A stretch of DNA of 64,000 bases from Tepidisphaera sp. (GTDB taxonomy: Bacteria; Planctomycetota; Phycisphaerae; Phycisphaerales; UBA1924). The first letter of the stretch is position 1; each line of letters opens with the position of its first letter. The position numbers and the translations under genes were made by a program. Below the pieces are notes generated by a model. It saw only the letters and a program-made list of their open reading frames with translations. It searched no databases and was not told where the DNA came from. The stretch lies in contig CP051526.1 of NCBI GenBank assembly GCA_050916045.1, positions 4,020,154 to 4,084,153 on the forward strand. Reading direction: 5' to 3'. Below, in pieces: positions 27,766 to 37,942 of this stretch.

Positions 27766-28041
27766 CACCCGCCGAGCCTCCCAGGGCCGGGCCCAGATGC
27801 CACTCCACCATCACAAACACCTCCTCCCGCGACAACCTCAAGCCACTCGCTTTCCCAACTCCCGGCGCGTCTGACATGATCGCGCCGTTTCTGCCGATTC
27901 TGACGGCGCACCCGAACACAACACCCACAAAGCGGGTAATACCAGCCGCGGCGATGCGGACCTGCGGAAATCCAACCCGCATTTCAGCCCCCGACGCCCC
28001 GCCTCGCCGATAATCAGCCGTTCGCACTCGGAGCCCCCTGA

Positions 28042-29394
28042 ATGTCCCCGATGTCCGCCATCTTCGCCGCCGCAGTCGCCCTTCTGGCGGTATGGGGTTT
28101 CCTCGCCTCCCTCACGCGCCCGACCAAAGCGTGGATGATCGTCGTGGTCATGGTCCTGTTCTCGGGCTTTGCGGTGCAGGTCGACCGCTCGGGCCAGACG
28201 AGCAACCAGACCTGGGTGCTCCAGCTTCAGCTCGCCCGGGCCCCGCTCTTCCTGGCGGCGGGGTGCCTGCTGTTCCTGGCGATGCTTGTGCACATCGGGA
28301 AAGTGCGCCTGAACTCGCTTCCGATCCAGGGCGCATTGATGCTCCTGATCCAGGTGCTGATCTCGGTGCTCCGGTTCAATCACGAGGGCCCGGTCGCGGG
28401 TGCCCAGTCGTTCGTCTTCGCGATCGTGACGATCCTGCCGATCCTCCTGCTGCTGCCCCTGGCGCTCAAGGAGTGGGACGACTGGATGGTGATCATCCGG
28501 ATGCTGGGGTTCTCGGCGGTGATCTGGGCGGGAGCGACGTTCGTGCAGGTCCTCCTCGACCACCGCCAACTGCAGGTGAACGCCCAGGAGCGCTTCACCG
28601 GCCTGCTCGGCAATCCGCAGGGCTGCGGCCTGTACATGGCGCCGCTGGTCTTCACCCTGATCTGGCTGGTGATGAACGAGCGGCTCAAGAAGCTCTGGTG
28701 GATCTGGCTGGGCACGCTCTCGATCATGGCAGCGTACTGCCTCTGGACGGGCTCGCGAACCTGCATTCTGGTCACCGGCACCGGCACCCTTTTCGTGCTT
28801 TACTCACGCATCGGCCGGTTCGTGCTTCTCCTGCCTGTGCTCGCCGTCGTGCTCCTGGCGGGCTACCAGCTCGCCGGCTCCCTCGGCCTTTCAAGCAGCG
28901 CCGTGGAGCGGCTTGTCTCCACGCAGAACACTCGCGAAACGGTGTGGAAGATCCTGCTCGAAGACGCCTTCCAGAACCCCATCTTCGGATCGGGGTTCAA
29001 CGAGACCCGCGCCAACGAGAACAGCTACCTCGTCGCTTTCGGCGCGTACGGCGTCTTCGTCGGCACCCTCGTGCTCACGCTTCTCTTCGTCAGCATCGGG
29101 CTGATGGTCCGGCTGCTGCGCTACCGCAAGCACGTTCCGGCGCAGCACCGCCGCATCGTCGACCTGATTCTCGCGTTCAACGTCGCGTACTTCCTGGGCG
29201 CGATGTTCGAATGGCACATCGTCTCGCGCATGGAAGGCAACATCACCTACCTGCTGATCTTCTCCGTTATGACCAAGCAGCTGATGCTCAAGGTCGACGC
29301 CGAGACCTCCACGCAGGAGCTCTTCGCCGAGGAGATCGAGCACTACGGAACGGACGACCACGAGGGGCACCAGCACCAGCCCCTGCCAAGCTGA
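28042..29394 (+). CDS. O-antigen ligase/Wzy-like polytopic membrane protein
   Basis: Many TM helices; RFTGLLGNP, TGSRT and NPIFGSG motifs. Confidence 0.85.
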   Translation: MSPMSAIFAAAVALLAVWGFLASLTRPTKAWMIVVVMVLFSGFAVQVDRSGQTSNQTWVLQLQLARAPLFLAAGCLLFLAMLVHIGKVRLNSLPIQGALMLLIQVLISVLRFNHEGPVAGAQSFVFAIVTILPILLLLPLALKEWDDWMVIIRMLGFSAVIWAGATFVQVLLDHRQLQVNAQERFTGLLGNPQGCGLYMAPLVFTLIWLVMNERLKKLWWIWLGTLSIMAAYCLWTGSRTCILVTGTGTLFVLYSRIGRFVLLLPVLAVVLLAGYQLAGSLGLSSSAVERLVSTQNTRETVWKILLEDAFQNPIFGSGFNETRANENSYLVAFGAYGVFVGTLVLTLLFVSIGLMVRLLRYRKHVPAQHRRIVDLILAFNVAYFLGAMFEWHIVSRMEGNITYLLIFSVMTKQLMLKVDAETSTQELFAEEIEHYGTDDHEGHQHQPLPS

Positions 29395-29431
29395 CGTCCC
29401 GAGACCACAACCCTCTTCCTACTCAAAGGCT

Positions 29432-29842
29432 TCAGCCCGCGACGGCCTGATCGGTCGCTCGGGCCACCGTCCGCGTCCGCGTCCGCGGCATGTGCGTGAC
29501 CCGGTGCACCGGCATGACCTGATCGTTCCGGGCCCTGGGCCGTTCCGCGACGGGCTGCGTCGCGGCCGGGACCTGCTCGACCAGCGCCGCCTCCGGCACC
29601 GGCTGCTCAATCGCCTGCTCCTCGACCCCGTGCGATTGCGAGCCACGGTCGATCCGCCACGCCGCCCACGCCAGAACCGGGAGGACCTGCAACGCGATCA
29701 CCGCCGCAAGCGGGCCTGTCGCAAGCCTGGCCGCCACGCCCGGCGAGGTCACCTTGAAAAGCAGCACCCACCCGAGCCCCACCGCGCTCAGCCCCACTGT
29801 CACCAGCAACAACCGGCGACCAACACCCGTCACACGAATCAT
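29432..29842 (-). CDS. hypothetical membrane protein
   Basis: Two TM segments after MIRV; start codon uncertain. Confidence 0.5.
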   Translation of the reverse strand: MIRVTGVGRRLLLVTVGLSAVGLGWVLLFKVTSPGVAARLATGPLAAVIALQVLPVLAWAAWRIDRGSQSHGVEEQAIEQPVPEAALVEQVPAATQPVAERPRARNDQVMPVHRVTHMPRTRTRTVARATDQAVAG

Positions 29843-30108
29843 GCGCTCATGTCCCTTCACGAACCGGGCCCCCCGCCCAACCGCCATCCTTGGCGGATTG
29901 CTCCCGACCCCCGCCTGACGCCAGACGGATCCCGAGAACCGAGGGGCCGCAGCATAGGGCATATCACCTACAGCGTGCCCGGGGAAAGTGACAGAATCCG
30001 AACACACTGCGACAATCCCAAAGATTCCCATGGGACCACCGACGTGTTGACGGTCCGAGGCTTGCCCGGTTTGTCACCCGGCCTTGGTTCCGTTATTGTC
30101 CTCCCAAC

Positions 30109-32790
30109 TTGAAGATCACGCCCCACCTCAACGCGTCGCCCGTCCCGTCCCGCACCGTCCGCGCGGGCGGTCTTGCTCGACCGGCTTGGGCGACCCCCGC
30201 GGCAATCGCCGCTCTGGCGGGCATGGCCTGGGCCGGCGCCGCCGCCGCGCAGTCCGGCACCGCGAACCCGCCGCCGGTTTCCAGCACGCAGCCGGACTCC
30301 TTCGACGGTCGACCGATCCGCGAGGTCGTCGTCCGCCAGCCCGCGCCCCGGGCGGTGGCCGCCGGCGACCCCGCGAGCCAGGACCCCGGGTTCACCGCTC
30401 TGGACGCGACGCTCGAGCAGTTGGTGCTCAACCAGATCCGCTCGCGTCCCGGCTCGCCCTATAGCCGCGAAGAGATCTCCTCGGACATCACGCGGATCAA
30501 CCGTCTGGCCCGCTTCAAGCAGGTGGACGTGCGGGCGCAGCTTCTCGAGGACGGCTCGGTCCGCTTGTTCTACACCGTCCTGCCCCAGAACATCATCGCG
30601 GACGTGCAGCTCGCGGGGAACAAGATCTTCTCCGACACGGACATCGCCAAGGAGGTCGACATCCTCGTCGGCACACCCATCGACGAGTGGGAGCTTGATC
30701 GCGCCGCGCGGCGCATCGAAGCCGTCTATCGCGCCAAGGGGTACTACCTCGCCGCCGTCCGGGTGAACCGCGAGGAACTGGCCAAAGCCAACGTCGTGCT
30801 CTTCGAGATCACTGAGGGCGAACGCACCCGCGTCCGCAAGATCCGGTTCGACGGCAACAAGTCGTTCACCGAGTCCGAGCTCCGCAAGGACATCAAGACG
30901 CGCGAGTACTTCTGGCCGCTCGAATCCGGCCCGCTCGATACCGACGCTCTGGAAGCCGACTCGGCGATCATCCGCAACTACTACCGCGACCGCGGATACC
31001 TCAACGCCCGCGTCGACCACTCCGTCCAGACCTCGCCGGACTCCAAGGAAGCGACCGTCACCTTCATCATCGACGAGGATGTCCCCTACACCCTCCGCAA
31101 CGTCGAGGTCGAGTTCGCCGAGCTTCGCGACACCTTCGCGACCGAAGCCGAAGCCCGCGAGTTCGCCGGCCCCGCCGGCTTCATCGAACCCTTCAACGAC
31201 GGTCCGCAGAAGAAGTTCCGCGCCGTCCGCCCGGGCCCGCTCTCAACCGAGCAGATCATGGGCCACATGTTCATCAAGCCCGGCGACGTCTACTCCGCCG
31301 ACCTGCTCGAAAAGAGCTCCCAAGCCATCATCGAAGCCCTCGGCAAGCTCGGGTACTGCGGCGACCCCGACGCGCCCTCCACGCCCGACCCCCAGCTCTC
31401 AAGCCAGGTCCGCATCATCCGCCGCGACCTCCGCGACGAGAAGCAGCCGTTCGTCGACGTGCTCGTCGTGATCCGCGGCGTCAAGCAGCCGTACAAGGTC
31501 GGCGAGCTTCGCATCGTCGGCAACGACATCACCCAGGACAAGGTCATCCGCCGCGAGATCGCTCTCGAGCCCGGACGACCCCTCGACGGTTCGCAGGTCG
31601 AGTTCACACAGAAGAAGATCGAGCGAACCCAGCTCTTCGCGCCCGGCTCGGTCAAGATCACGCTTCAGAAGCCCGACCCCGAGGAGCCCGAGTACCGGGA
31701 CGTGCTCGTCACGGTCCAGGAAACCAACACGGGCGCGGTGATCGTCGGCGGCATCATCGGCTCCGACGGCGGAGCCACGGCGCAGATCACGTTCCGCCAG
31801 CGGAACTTTGACGTCGCCGACACGCCCGACACCTTCAGCGAGCTTTTCGCCGGTCGCGCGTTCCGCGGCGCCGGACAGGTCTTCTCCGTCGACGTCCTCC
31901 CCGGCAACGTCACCCAGACGTACCAGATCTCCCTCTCCGAGCCCAACCTCTTCGAAACCAACACCGGAGCCGGCATCGCCGCGTACTACAAAGCCCGCGA
32001 CTACCGCGAGTACGACGAGCAGCGCCTCGGTACCCAGATCAACGTCACCCGCCGCCTCGGCGACCGCTGGAACCTCTCCGCGCCAATCCGCATCGAGCAA
32101 GCCGAACTCAACGACATCGAGCCCGACAGCCCCGTCGACTACTTCGCGGTTCAGGATCCCAACGTCCTCACCACCGCCGGCATCACCCTCACGCGGACGA
32201 CCCTCGACGACCCGATCATCCCTTCCAAAGGCAACAAGCTTCAGTTCGGGTTCGAGCAAGCCGGGCTGCTCGGCGGCGATTTCACCTACACCGTCCTCGC
32301 CGCCGAAGCGGGCATCTACATCCCGCTTTACGAGGACTTCTTCGGCCGCCGCACCGTGCTTTCGCTTCAGGCCAAGACCCGGTACATCCCGCAGGATGTG
32401 TCTGACGTGCCGGTCTTCGAGCGGTTCTACCTGGGCGGTTCGAACATGCGCGGCTTTGGCTTCCGAACGGTCTCCCCGCGCGGCATCCGCGCCGACAACG
32501 GGCAGATCGGCGACGACCCCGTCGGCGGCATCTTCTCGTTCAACCAGACCACCGAAGTCAAGCAGCCGATCTACGAGGACACGCTCGCGCTGGTCGCGTT
32601 CGCCGACTCGGGCACGGTGAACAACGCCGTTTCCCTCGCCAACTACAGGCTTTCGGTGGGCGTGGGCATCCGTCTCAAGGTCGAAGCCCTCAGCCCGATC
32701 CCCCTCGCGTTCGACTTCGGCTTCCCCATCGTCAAGGAGGACGGGGACCGCGACCGCATCTTCACGTTCAACGTCGACATCCCGTTCTGA
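30109..32790 (+). CDS. bamA: outer membrane protein assembly factor BamA
   Basis: POTRA repeats (GNKIFSD, GNKSFTE, GNDITQDKVIRRE), ERFYLGG..MRGF and C-terminal Phe. Confidence 0.93.
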   Translation: MKITPHLNASPVPSRTVRAGGLARPAWATPAAIAALAGMAWAGAAAAQSGTANPPPVSSTQPDSFDGRPIREVVVRQPAPRAVAAGDPASQDPGFTALDATLEQLVLNQIRSRPGSPYSREEISSDITRINRLARFKQVDVRAQLLEDGSVRLFYTVLPQNIIADVQLAGNKIFSDTDIAKEVDILVGTPIDEWELDRAARRIEAVYRAKGYYLAAVRVNREELAKANVVLFEITEGERTRVRKIRFDGNKSFTESELRKDIKTREYFWPLESGPLDTDALEADSAIIRNYYRDRGYLNARVDHSVQTSPDSKEATVTFIIDEDVPYTLRNVEVEFAELRDTFATEAEAREFAGPAGFIEPFNDGPQKKFRAVRPGPLSTEQIMGHMFIKPGDVYSADLLEKSSQAIIEALGKLGYCGDPDAPSTPDPQLSSQVRIIRRDLRDEKQPFVDVLVVIRGVKQPYKVGELRIVGNDITQDKVIRREIALEPGRPLDGSQVEFTQKKIERTQLFAPGSVKITLQKPDPEEPEYRDVLVTVQETNTGAVIVGGIIGSDGGATAQITFRQRNFDVADTPDTFSELFAGRAFRGAGQVFSVDVLPGNVTQTYQISLSEPNLFETNTGAGIAAYYKARDYREYDEQRLGTQINVTRRLGDRWNLSAPIRIEQAELNDIEPDSPVDYFAVQDPNVLTTAGITLTRTTLDDPIIPSKGNKLQFGFEQAGLLGGDFTYTVLAAEAGIYIPLYEDFFGRRTVLSLQAKTRYIPQDVSDVPVFERFYLGGSNMRGFGFRTVSPRGIRADNGQIGDDPVGGIFSFNQTTEVKQPIYEDTLALVAFADSGTVNNAVSLANYRLSVGVGIRLKVEALSPIPLAFDFGFPIVKEDGDRDRIFTFNVDIPF

Positions 32791-32791
32791 C

Positions 32792-33337
32792 ATGCTTCCC
32801 AAAGCTCTCTGGAATCCGATCGGCGCGAAACTGCTGCGGCTCACGTTCCACAACTGGTACGGCGTTCGCCGCCGCATCCTCCGCGCCTGGGGCGCGAACC
32901 TGGCCGACGCGACGCGGATCCGGGCTTCCGCCCGCATCTCCGCACCGTGGAACCTCACGATGGGCGAGGAATCATCCATCGGCAACGGCGCCGTGATCCA
33001 AGCCGATGCCCCGATCACCATTGGCCGCTTCGTCACCATCAGCCAGCACGCGACCCTCTTCGCGGCGGCCATGGGCCCCGGCGCTGAGCTTTACGCCAAG
33101 AGTGCCGGCCCCGCGCCGATCACGATCGACGACGATGCATGGATCTCGACCGACGCTTTCGTTGGCCCGGGTGTGCACGTCGCCGAAGGGGCGCTCCTGG
33201 GAAGCAAGGGCACCGCGTTCCACGACCTCAAGCCGTGGACCATCTACGGCGGCGACCCCGCCAAAGCTCTCAAAGCCCGCCCACCCGTCATCGAGCGGCA
33301 GAAGCAAGCGGAGCCGTCCGCCCCGCCCACCCCGTGA
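32792..33337 (+). CDS. WcaF-like hexapeptide-repeat acetyltransferase
   Basis: ISAPWNLTMG, TISQ, DAWI..DAFVGPGV and PWTIYGGDPA motifs. Confidence 0.85.
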   Translation: MLPKALWNPIGAKLLRLTFHNWYGVRRRILRAWGANLADATRIRASARISAPWNLTMGEESSIGNGAVIQADAPITIGRFVTISQHATLFAAAMGPGAELYAKSAGPAPITIDDDAWISTDAFVGPGVHVAEGALLGSKGTAFHDLKPWTIYGGDPAKALKARPPVIERQKQAEPSAPPTP

Positions 33338-34769
33338 CCCGCTCGAGCATCGAAGCGGCTCGCAGAAGCGCGCTCTCGCCGAATGCCGGACCGATCAACT
33401 GCACCCCGATCGGAAGCGGGCCATCCACCGGCACCGTCACCGCCGGAAGCCCGGCGAGATTGACCGGCACGGTGTACGCATCCTCGAGGTACATCGCGAG
33501 TGGGTCCGTCGTCTTCTCGCCAAGCCGGAACGCGGGCCCGGGGCTCGCGGGCATCATGATGACGTGGCACGCGGGGCCATTCTCCGCGAACACCGCGTCG
33601 AAATCGCCCTTGATCTTCCGCCTGGCTTTCATCGCCGTCGCGTAGTACGCGTCGTAGTACCCGCTCGAAAGCACGTGCGTCCCCAGCATGATCCGCTTCT
33701 TGACCTCGGGGCCGAAACCCTCGGCTCTGCTCTTGCAGTAAAGCTCCATCAGGCCCTCGCCGGGCCCGAGCAACGCCCGCTTGCCGTACCGCACGCCGTC
33801 GAACCGCGCGAGGTTTGAACTCGCTTCCGCCGTCGCGACGATGTAGTAGGCCGCGATCGCGTAGTCGATCGTCGGGAGCTCGATGTCGATGATCGTCGCG
33901 CCCTGCTGCTGGTAGATGGACAGGGCTTTCTCCAAAGCCATGGTCACCCGCGGGTCGTTCGCCGAGCTTCGGGCCTGCGTAGGCACGCCGATCCGCAAAC
34001 CCGCGATCGGCTGACCGCACTCCGCCGCGTAGTTCGGCACCGGACGCGTGCTGCTCGTCGCGTCGTGCCCATCGGTGCCCGAAATCGCGGCAAGCGAAGA
34101 AGCCGCGTCGGCGACGCTCCGCGTCAGAGTTCCGATCTGGTCCAAGCTGCTCGCGTATGCGATCAGGCCGTACCGGCTGACGCGGCCGTACGTGGGCTTG
34201 AGCCCGACGACGCCGCAGTGCGAAGCCGGCTGGCGGATTGACCCACCGGTGTCGCTTCCGAGGGCCACGGGCACGATCCCCGCCGCGACCGCCGCGGCCG
34301 AGCCCGACGAACTGCCGCCCGGGACACGCTCGGCATCCCACGGGTTGCGCGTGGGGCCGAACGCGGAGTTCTCGCCCGAGCTTCCCATTCCGAACTCGTC
34401 CATGTTCGTCTTGCCGATGATCACGGCTCCGGCATCGACAAGCCGCTTGACCGCCGTCGCGGAAAACGGCGAGCGATACTCGGCCAGAAGCTTGCTTGCG
34501 GCGGTGGTGTTGCCGGCGTCAAAGCAGATGTTGTCCTTGATGGCGACGGGCACACCGAGCAGCGGAAGCCGCTCGGCCGCCGCGCGGTCGCTCGCGATCA
34601 TCGCGTCGAGCTCGGATGCTTGGGCGACCGCTTCGTCGCCAAGCACCTGCAGGAACGCGCCCAGCGGCTTCGAAGCTTCCGCGGCGGCGATGGCTTCCCG
34701 CGCCGCCGCGACGCAGGAGGTTTTGCCAGCAAGGATGCGTTTCCGGATCTCGTGAGCGGTCGCGGTCAT
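33288..34769 (-). CDS. gatA: Asp/Glu-tRNA amidotransferase subunit A
   Basis: [21 protein letters not shown] and [14 protein letters not shown] motifs. Confidence 0.96.
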   Translation of the reverse strand: MTATAHEIRKRILAGKTSCVAAAREAIAAAEASKPLGAFLQVLGDEAVAQASELDAMIASDRAAAERLPLLGVPVAIKDNICFDAGNTTAASKLLAEYRSPFSATAVKRLVDAGAVIIGKTNMDEFGMGSSGENSAFGPTRNPWDAERVPGGSSSGSAAAVAAGIVPVALGSDTGGSIRQPASHCGVVGLKPTYGRVSRYGLIAYASSLDQIGTLTRSVADAASSLAAISGTDGHDATSSTRPVPNYAAECGQPIAGLRIGVPTQARSSANDPRVTMALEKALSIYQQQGATIIDIELPTIDYAIAAYYIVATAEASSNLARFDGVRYGKRALLGPGEGLMELYCKSRAEGFGPEVKKRIMLGTHVLSSGYYDAYYATAMKARRKIKGDFDAVFAENGPACHVIMMPASPGPAFRLGEKTTDPLAMYLEDAYTVPVNLAGLPAVTVPVDGPLPIGVQLIGPAFGESALLRAASMLERVTGWAGRTAPLASAAR

Positions 34770-35086
34770 GCCCCGCCCCCATCCCCGATCACCTTGGGCA
34801 CGCTGATGAAGGGCCCGATCGACGCCGGAGCAAGCTTCTTGACCGTCTCGACCGGCAGGGCTTGGCCCGGCTCGTCGCTCCGAAGCCGATTCCCCTCGCC
34901 CTCGGACACGTGGGCCAAAGGCTCGACCCCCGCGAGATCAAGCTCCCGCAACCGGTCCATGTACCCCAGCACCGCCGACATCGAGACGCGGGCCGCTTCC
35001 ATCTCGGCGGGCGACAACGCCAGCCGCGCGAGTTTCGCGACCTTCGCCACTTCGGCCGCGGTCAGTTGAGCCTTCAAATCCGACAT
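34766..35086 (-). CDS. gatC: Asp/Glu-tRNA amidotransferase subunit C
   Basis: VAKLARL, LRELDLAGVEP and FISVPKV motifs; ATGA overlap with gatA. Confidence 0.92.
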   Translation of the reverse strand: MSDLKAQLTAAEVAKVAKLARLALSPAEMEAARVSMSAVLGYMDRLRELDLAGVEPLAHVSEGEGNRLRSDEPGQALPVETVKKLAPASIGPFISVPKVIGDGGGA

Positions 35087-35120
35087 GAGCGGAGTGTACC
35101 CGGCCGACCAATGATCGCGT

Positions 35121-35837
35121 ATGGGTTGGCTCCGGCACATCCAGACGCCGACGTGCACGCTCTTCTGCGGGCTCGTGGCGGCCGCGAGTTTCGCTTCACT
35201 CCCTCGCGGAGGGGGGATCCTCGACCGTTCCGCGTTGAAAGCGGCGCTGTTCCCGCCGCGTGGAGTTGCAGCGCATCCGCAGCTTGAGACGTGGTACGTC
35301 AAGCGGGCCGACTCCGCGTGGAGTGTGCTCGCGACTCCCGCCGACAGCGCGGATGAGCTCAGCCGGGAGATCGCGATGGACCCGGCGAGCGTTGCCGTGG
35401 TGACCGTTTCCCAGTGGAGCATCGCAGAGGGCCTGTACGCACCGACGGCTCGAACAAGGACGACTCGAGTTCGCGCCGCTTTCGCGAGCGGCGTGGAGCT
35501 TGAACCCAGCGAGTTGCGAGCGGCTGTGGTTCTTCTGGAGCAACACGGCCGGACGATCGCCCATCCTCAAAGCTTGGGATACGAAAGAGGTGAAGCCAGG
35601 TCCGAGGGCCGATCGATCCTCTGGGCCGGCGTGGGCCACAATGCGCTGGCTTTGGTGGCTTGGCTCCTGCTCCCTCTCTCGCTGGCTTGGATCCCGCGCA
35701 CGATTCGCGATGTCCGCGAGCGCCAGCGGCTCCTCGCAGGCCTCTGCCCCGGCTGCGGCTACGACCGTCGCGCGACGCTACCGACCGCCGCCTGCCCCGA
35801 ATGCGGCCGAGCAGGCGCAACGACAACGCCAACTTGA
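35121..35837 (+). CDS. membrane protein with C-terminal zinc ribbon (CPGCGYD...CPECG)
   Basis: TM segment followed by a paired CxxC motif of the kind typical of Phycisphaerae. Confidence 0.7.
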   Translation: MGWLRHIQTPTCTLFCGLVAAASFASLPRGGGILDRSALKAALFPPRGVAAHPQLETWYVKRADSAWSVLATPADSADELSREIAMDPASVAVVTVSQWSIAEGLYAPTARTRTTRVRAAFASGVELEPSELRAAVVLLEQHGRTIAHPQSLGYERGEARSEGRSILWAGVGHNALALVAWLLLPLSLAWIPRTIRDVRERQRLLAGLCPGCGYDRRATLPTAACPECGRAGATTTPT

Positions 35838-35885
35838 CCTGACGCCAAGCCTTCCCTCTGTAACTCTGTGATGAGCTTCTATGCC

Positions 35886-36266
35886 TTACGCCGCCGAAGC
35901 CGCCGCCAGCGGCCGCGTCAGCGACACCGCCGCCAGCGACCCGCCGCGCGACGACGCCGAGACCCGCACGACGCGGGCCCAGACAAACTCGTCGCTCTTG
36001 AGCACGCCCACGCCCGACCGGCCGATCGCCACGTCGACCATGTCGCCCACCGCCAGCGGCCTGTCCGCCGGCAACTCCAGCAACACCCCGCCGTCGGACA
36101 AGTCCCGCGTCCGGGCCGCGATGTACCGCCAACTGCCGCGATGGAACACCTTGGCGGGCTGATCAATCGCCGCACGCGCGTGCTGGCGACGCTCCGAACC
36201 GTCCCCGGTCACGCCCCCGTCAACTTCCACAGACCCAACACCCAAACCATCATTCTTCGTCTTCAT
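35886..36266 (-). CDS. stand-alone PilZ domain protein
   Basis: ERRQHAR (RxxxR) and DLSDGG (D/NxSxxG) c-di-GMP-binding motifs. Confidence 0.85.
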   Translation of the reverse strand: MKTKNDGLGVGSVEVDGGVTGDGSERRQHARAAIDQPAKVFHRGSWRYIAARTRDLSDGGVLLELPADRPLAVGDMVDVAIGRSGVGVLKSDEFVWARVVRVSASSRGGSLAAVSLTRPLAAASAA

Positions 36267-36373
36267 ACGTTCAATACATCGGCCCGATGGGCCCCGATAC
36301 CTTTCCAGACAGGACAAATAACCGCCCGCGGACCTGTTCCGAGGGCTCAACTCACATGAATTTGATCTGATTT

Positions 36374-37732
36374 TCAGGCCACCATCCCCGCAAAGCACGT
36401 GACCAGGGTCATCCCCTGCTGGTCCATCGCGCCCGCGTAGTTGAAAATCTCAACCTCGCTGGCATCCAGGACCTTCATCGTCGCGGCGAGATTTCCCACC
36501 GAGCACCAGCGCGTCTGGTTCTGCTGCCACGCCATGCTCGCGATGACTTCATCGATCTTCCCGTCGCGGATCATGCCCAGAAGCTCCTGGTCGTGCATGA
36601 TGACCTTCTGGCGGAACTCCTGAACCTGCGGCTCTTCGCCCGCGAGCGCGACTTGGTCGCCGAACGCGGGGCCGACGTGCGACAGGTCCGCCGAGGAGAT
36701 GATGAGTGTCCGACCGGGAAGCTTGGCGAGCGCGGCTTTCAAAGCCGCGACGAACGCGTCGAGGCTCACGCCCTTGCCGTCGTAGCTTTCACCACCGTTG
36801 ACGACCGGGTCGTGGACGAGCGCGGCAAAGATCTTGGGCGAAGCGGAGCCGTCGCCGAAGGTGTGCTGGATCCACGGGATGTGGAGTTCGATCGAGTGCT
36901 CGCGCTCATGGTCGTACCGGTTCGCGAACAGAGCGTCGCCCAAGCTGGCTTTCAGCTGAGCGATGAGTTCCTGGTCGACCAGGCAGGCGCCAAGCGGGGA
37001 TTCAAACCCCTTGTCGCAGCCGACGACGCCCGTGCCCTCGCCGAAGTGATTTGTGCCCAGAATCACAACGCGGTCGGGAGCGTCCAGTCCCTTCAGGCGG
37101 CCGTAGGCGTGGGCGTAGTTCAGCCAGCCGCGGGAGTAGTCCAGGTGCGGAGCGATGATCGCCCGCGGGAGCGACTCGACCGTCGGGTTCCCCTCGTTCT
37201 CCATCGCTTGCTGGATGCACTGGTCGAAGAAGCCCTTGAGCTTGGCCGCACCCTTCGATGCCCGCTCCTCGTCGCTCATCCCGGCGAAAGCCTCCTCGCC
37301 GACCTCCTGCTGGAGCAGGGCGTCGGCGAACTGGCCCGTCGCGGCTGGCGGGAGCGTCGGAGAAGAGTCAAAGTCCGCCCGCATCTTGGCGAGCATCTGG
37401 TCGAACGTGGGGCCGTAAAGCAGCCCGGCTTCGTCGAGCTGGGCGATCAGGGGCTCCACGATCGGGCGGGTGAGCCCGCGACCGACCTGGGCCACGATCT
37501 CATCCACCGTCCGCGATCCGTCCATCATCGGAAGGACGATCTGGAACGCCGGGCTGGTCATGACCATCTTGTCAGAGATCTGCTTGGCATCCGCCAGACC
37601 CATCGCCTGCTGCTCGCCGATGGTGGCCGGGAAAGCCCGGACCGGCCGGAGCTTGGGGCGGTTCTGGTGGGGGGCGGCGGGGTTGAAAACTGGCTGGGGG
37701 GGGCGGGGAGGCTGGCCGGGCTGCATACTCAT
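36374..37732 (-). CDS. amrB: MEMO1 family protein (AmmeMemoRadiSam system protein B) with N-terminal extension
   Basis: IAPHLDY, ILGTNH, EHSIELH and SADLSHVG motifs. Confidence 0.88.
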   Translation of the reverse strand: MSMQPGQPPRPPQPVFNPAAPHQNRPKLRPVRAFPATIGEQQAMGLADAKQISDKMVMTSPAFQIVLPMMDGSRTVDEIVAQVGRGLTRPIVEPLIAQLDEAGLLYGPTFDQMLAKMRADFDSSPTLPPAATGQFADALLQQEVGEEAFAGMSDEERASKGAAKLKGFFDQCIQQAMENEGNPTVESLPRAIIAPHLDYSRGWLNYAHAYGRLKGLDAPDRVVILGTNHFGEGTGVVGCDKGFESPLGACLVDQELIAQLKASLGDALFANRYDHEREHSIELHIPWIQHTFGDGSASPKIFAALVHDPVVNGGESYDGKGVSLDAFVAALKAALAKLPGRTLIISSADLSHVGPAFGDQVALAGEEPQVQEFRQKVIMHDQELLGMIRDGKIDEVIASMAWQQNQTRWCSVGNLAATMKVLDASEVEIFNYAGAMDQQGMTLVTCFAGMVA

Positions 37733-37942
37733 TGGGGGCACTGTAGGGGGTCCGAACCGTCCTCCCCGGTCCCGCAGGCTGTCGGTTGGACCCAACCGGC
37801 CGACCCGCCTAGCATCTCGGCCCGTCGGAGTGGGTCCGCGGGCGAACATCGGGCGAACGAAGTTTCCTCCCGCGGCAATCAGGGTTGCCACGGCCACCGG
37901 GAACCCAGCTCTCCGAGGCAACTTACGCAAGGTATGGCTGTT

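Noticed and set aside
28006..28013. sigma28-like GCCGATAA element, with similar ones at 36276, 49535 and 57346
   Set aside because: No convincing -35 element at the correct spacing, and GCCGAT is common in GC-rich DNA.
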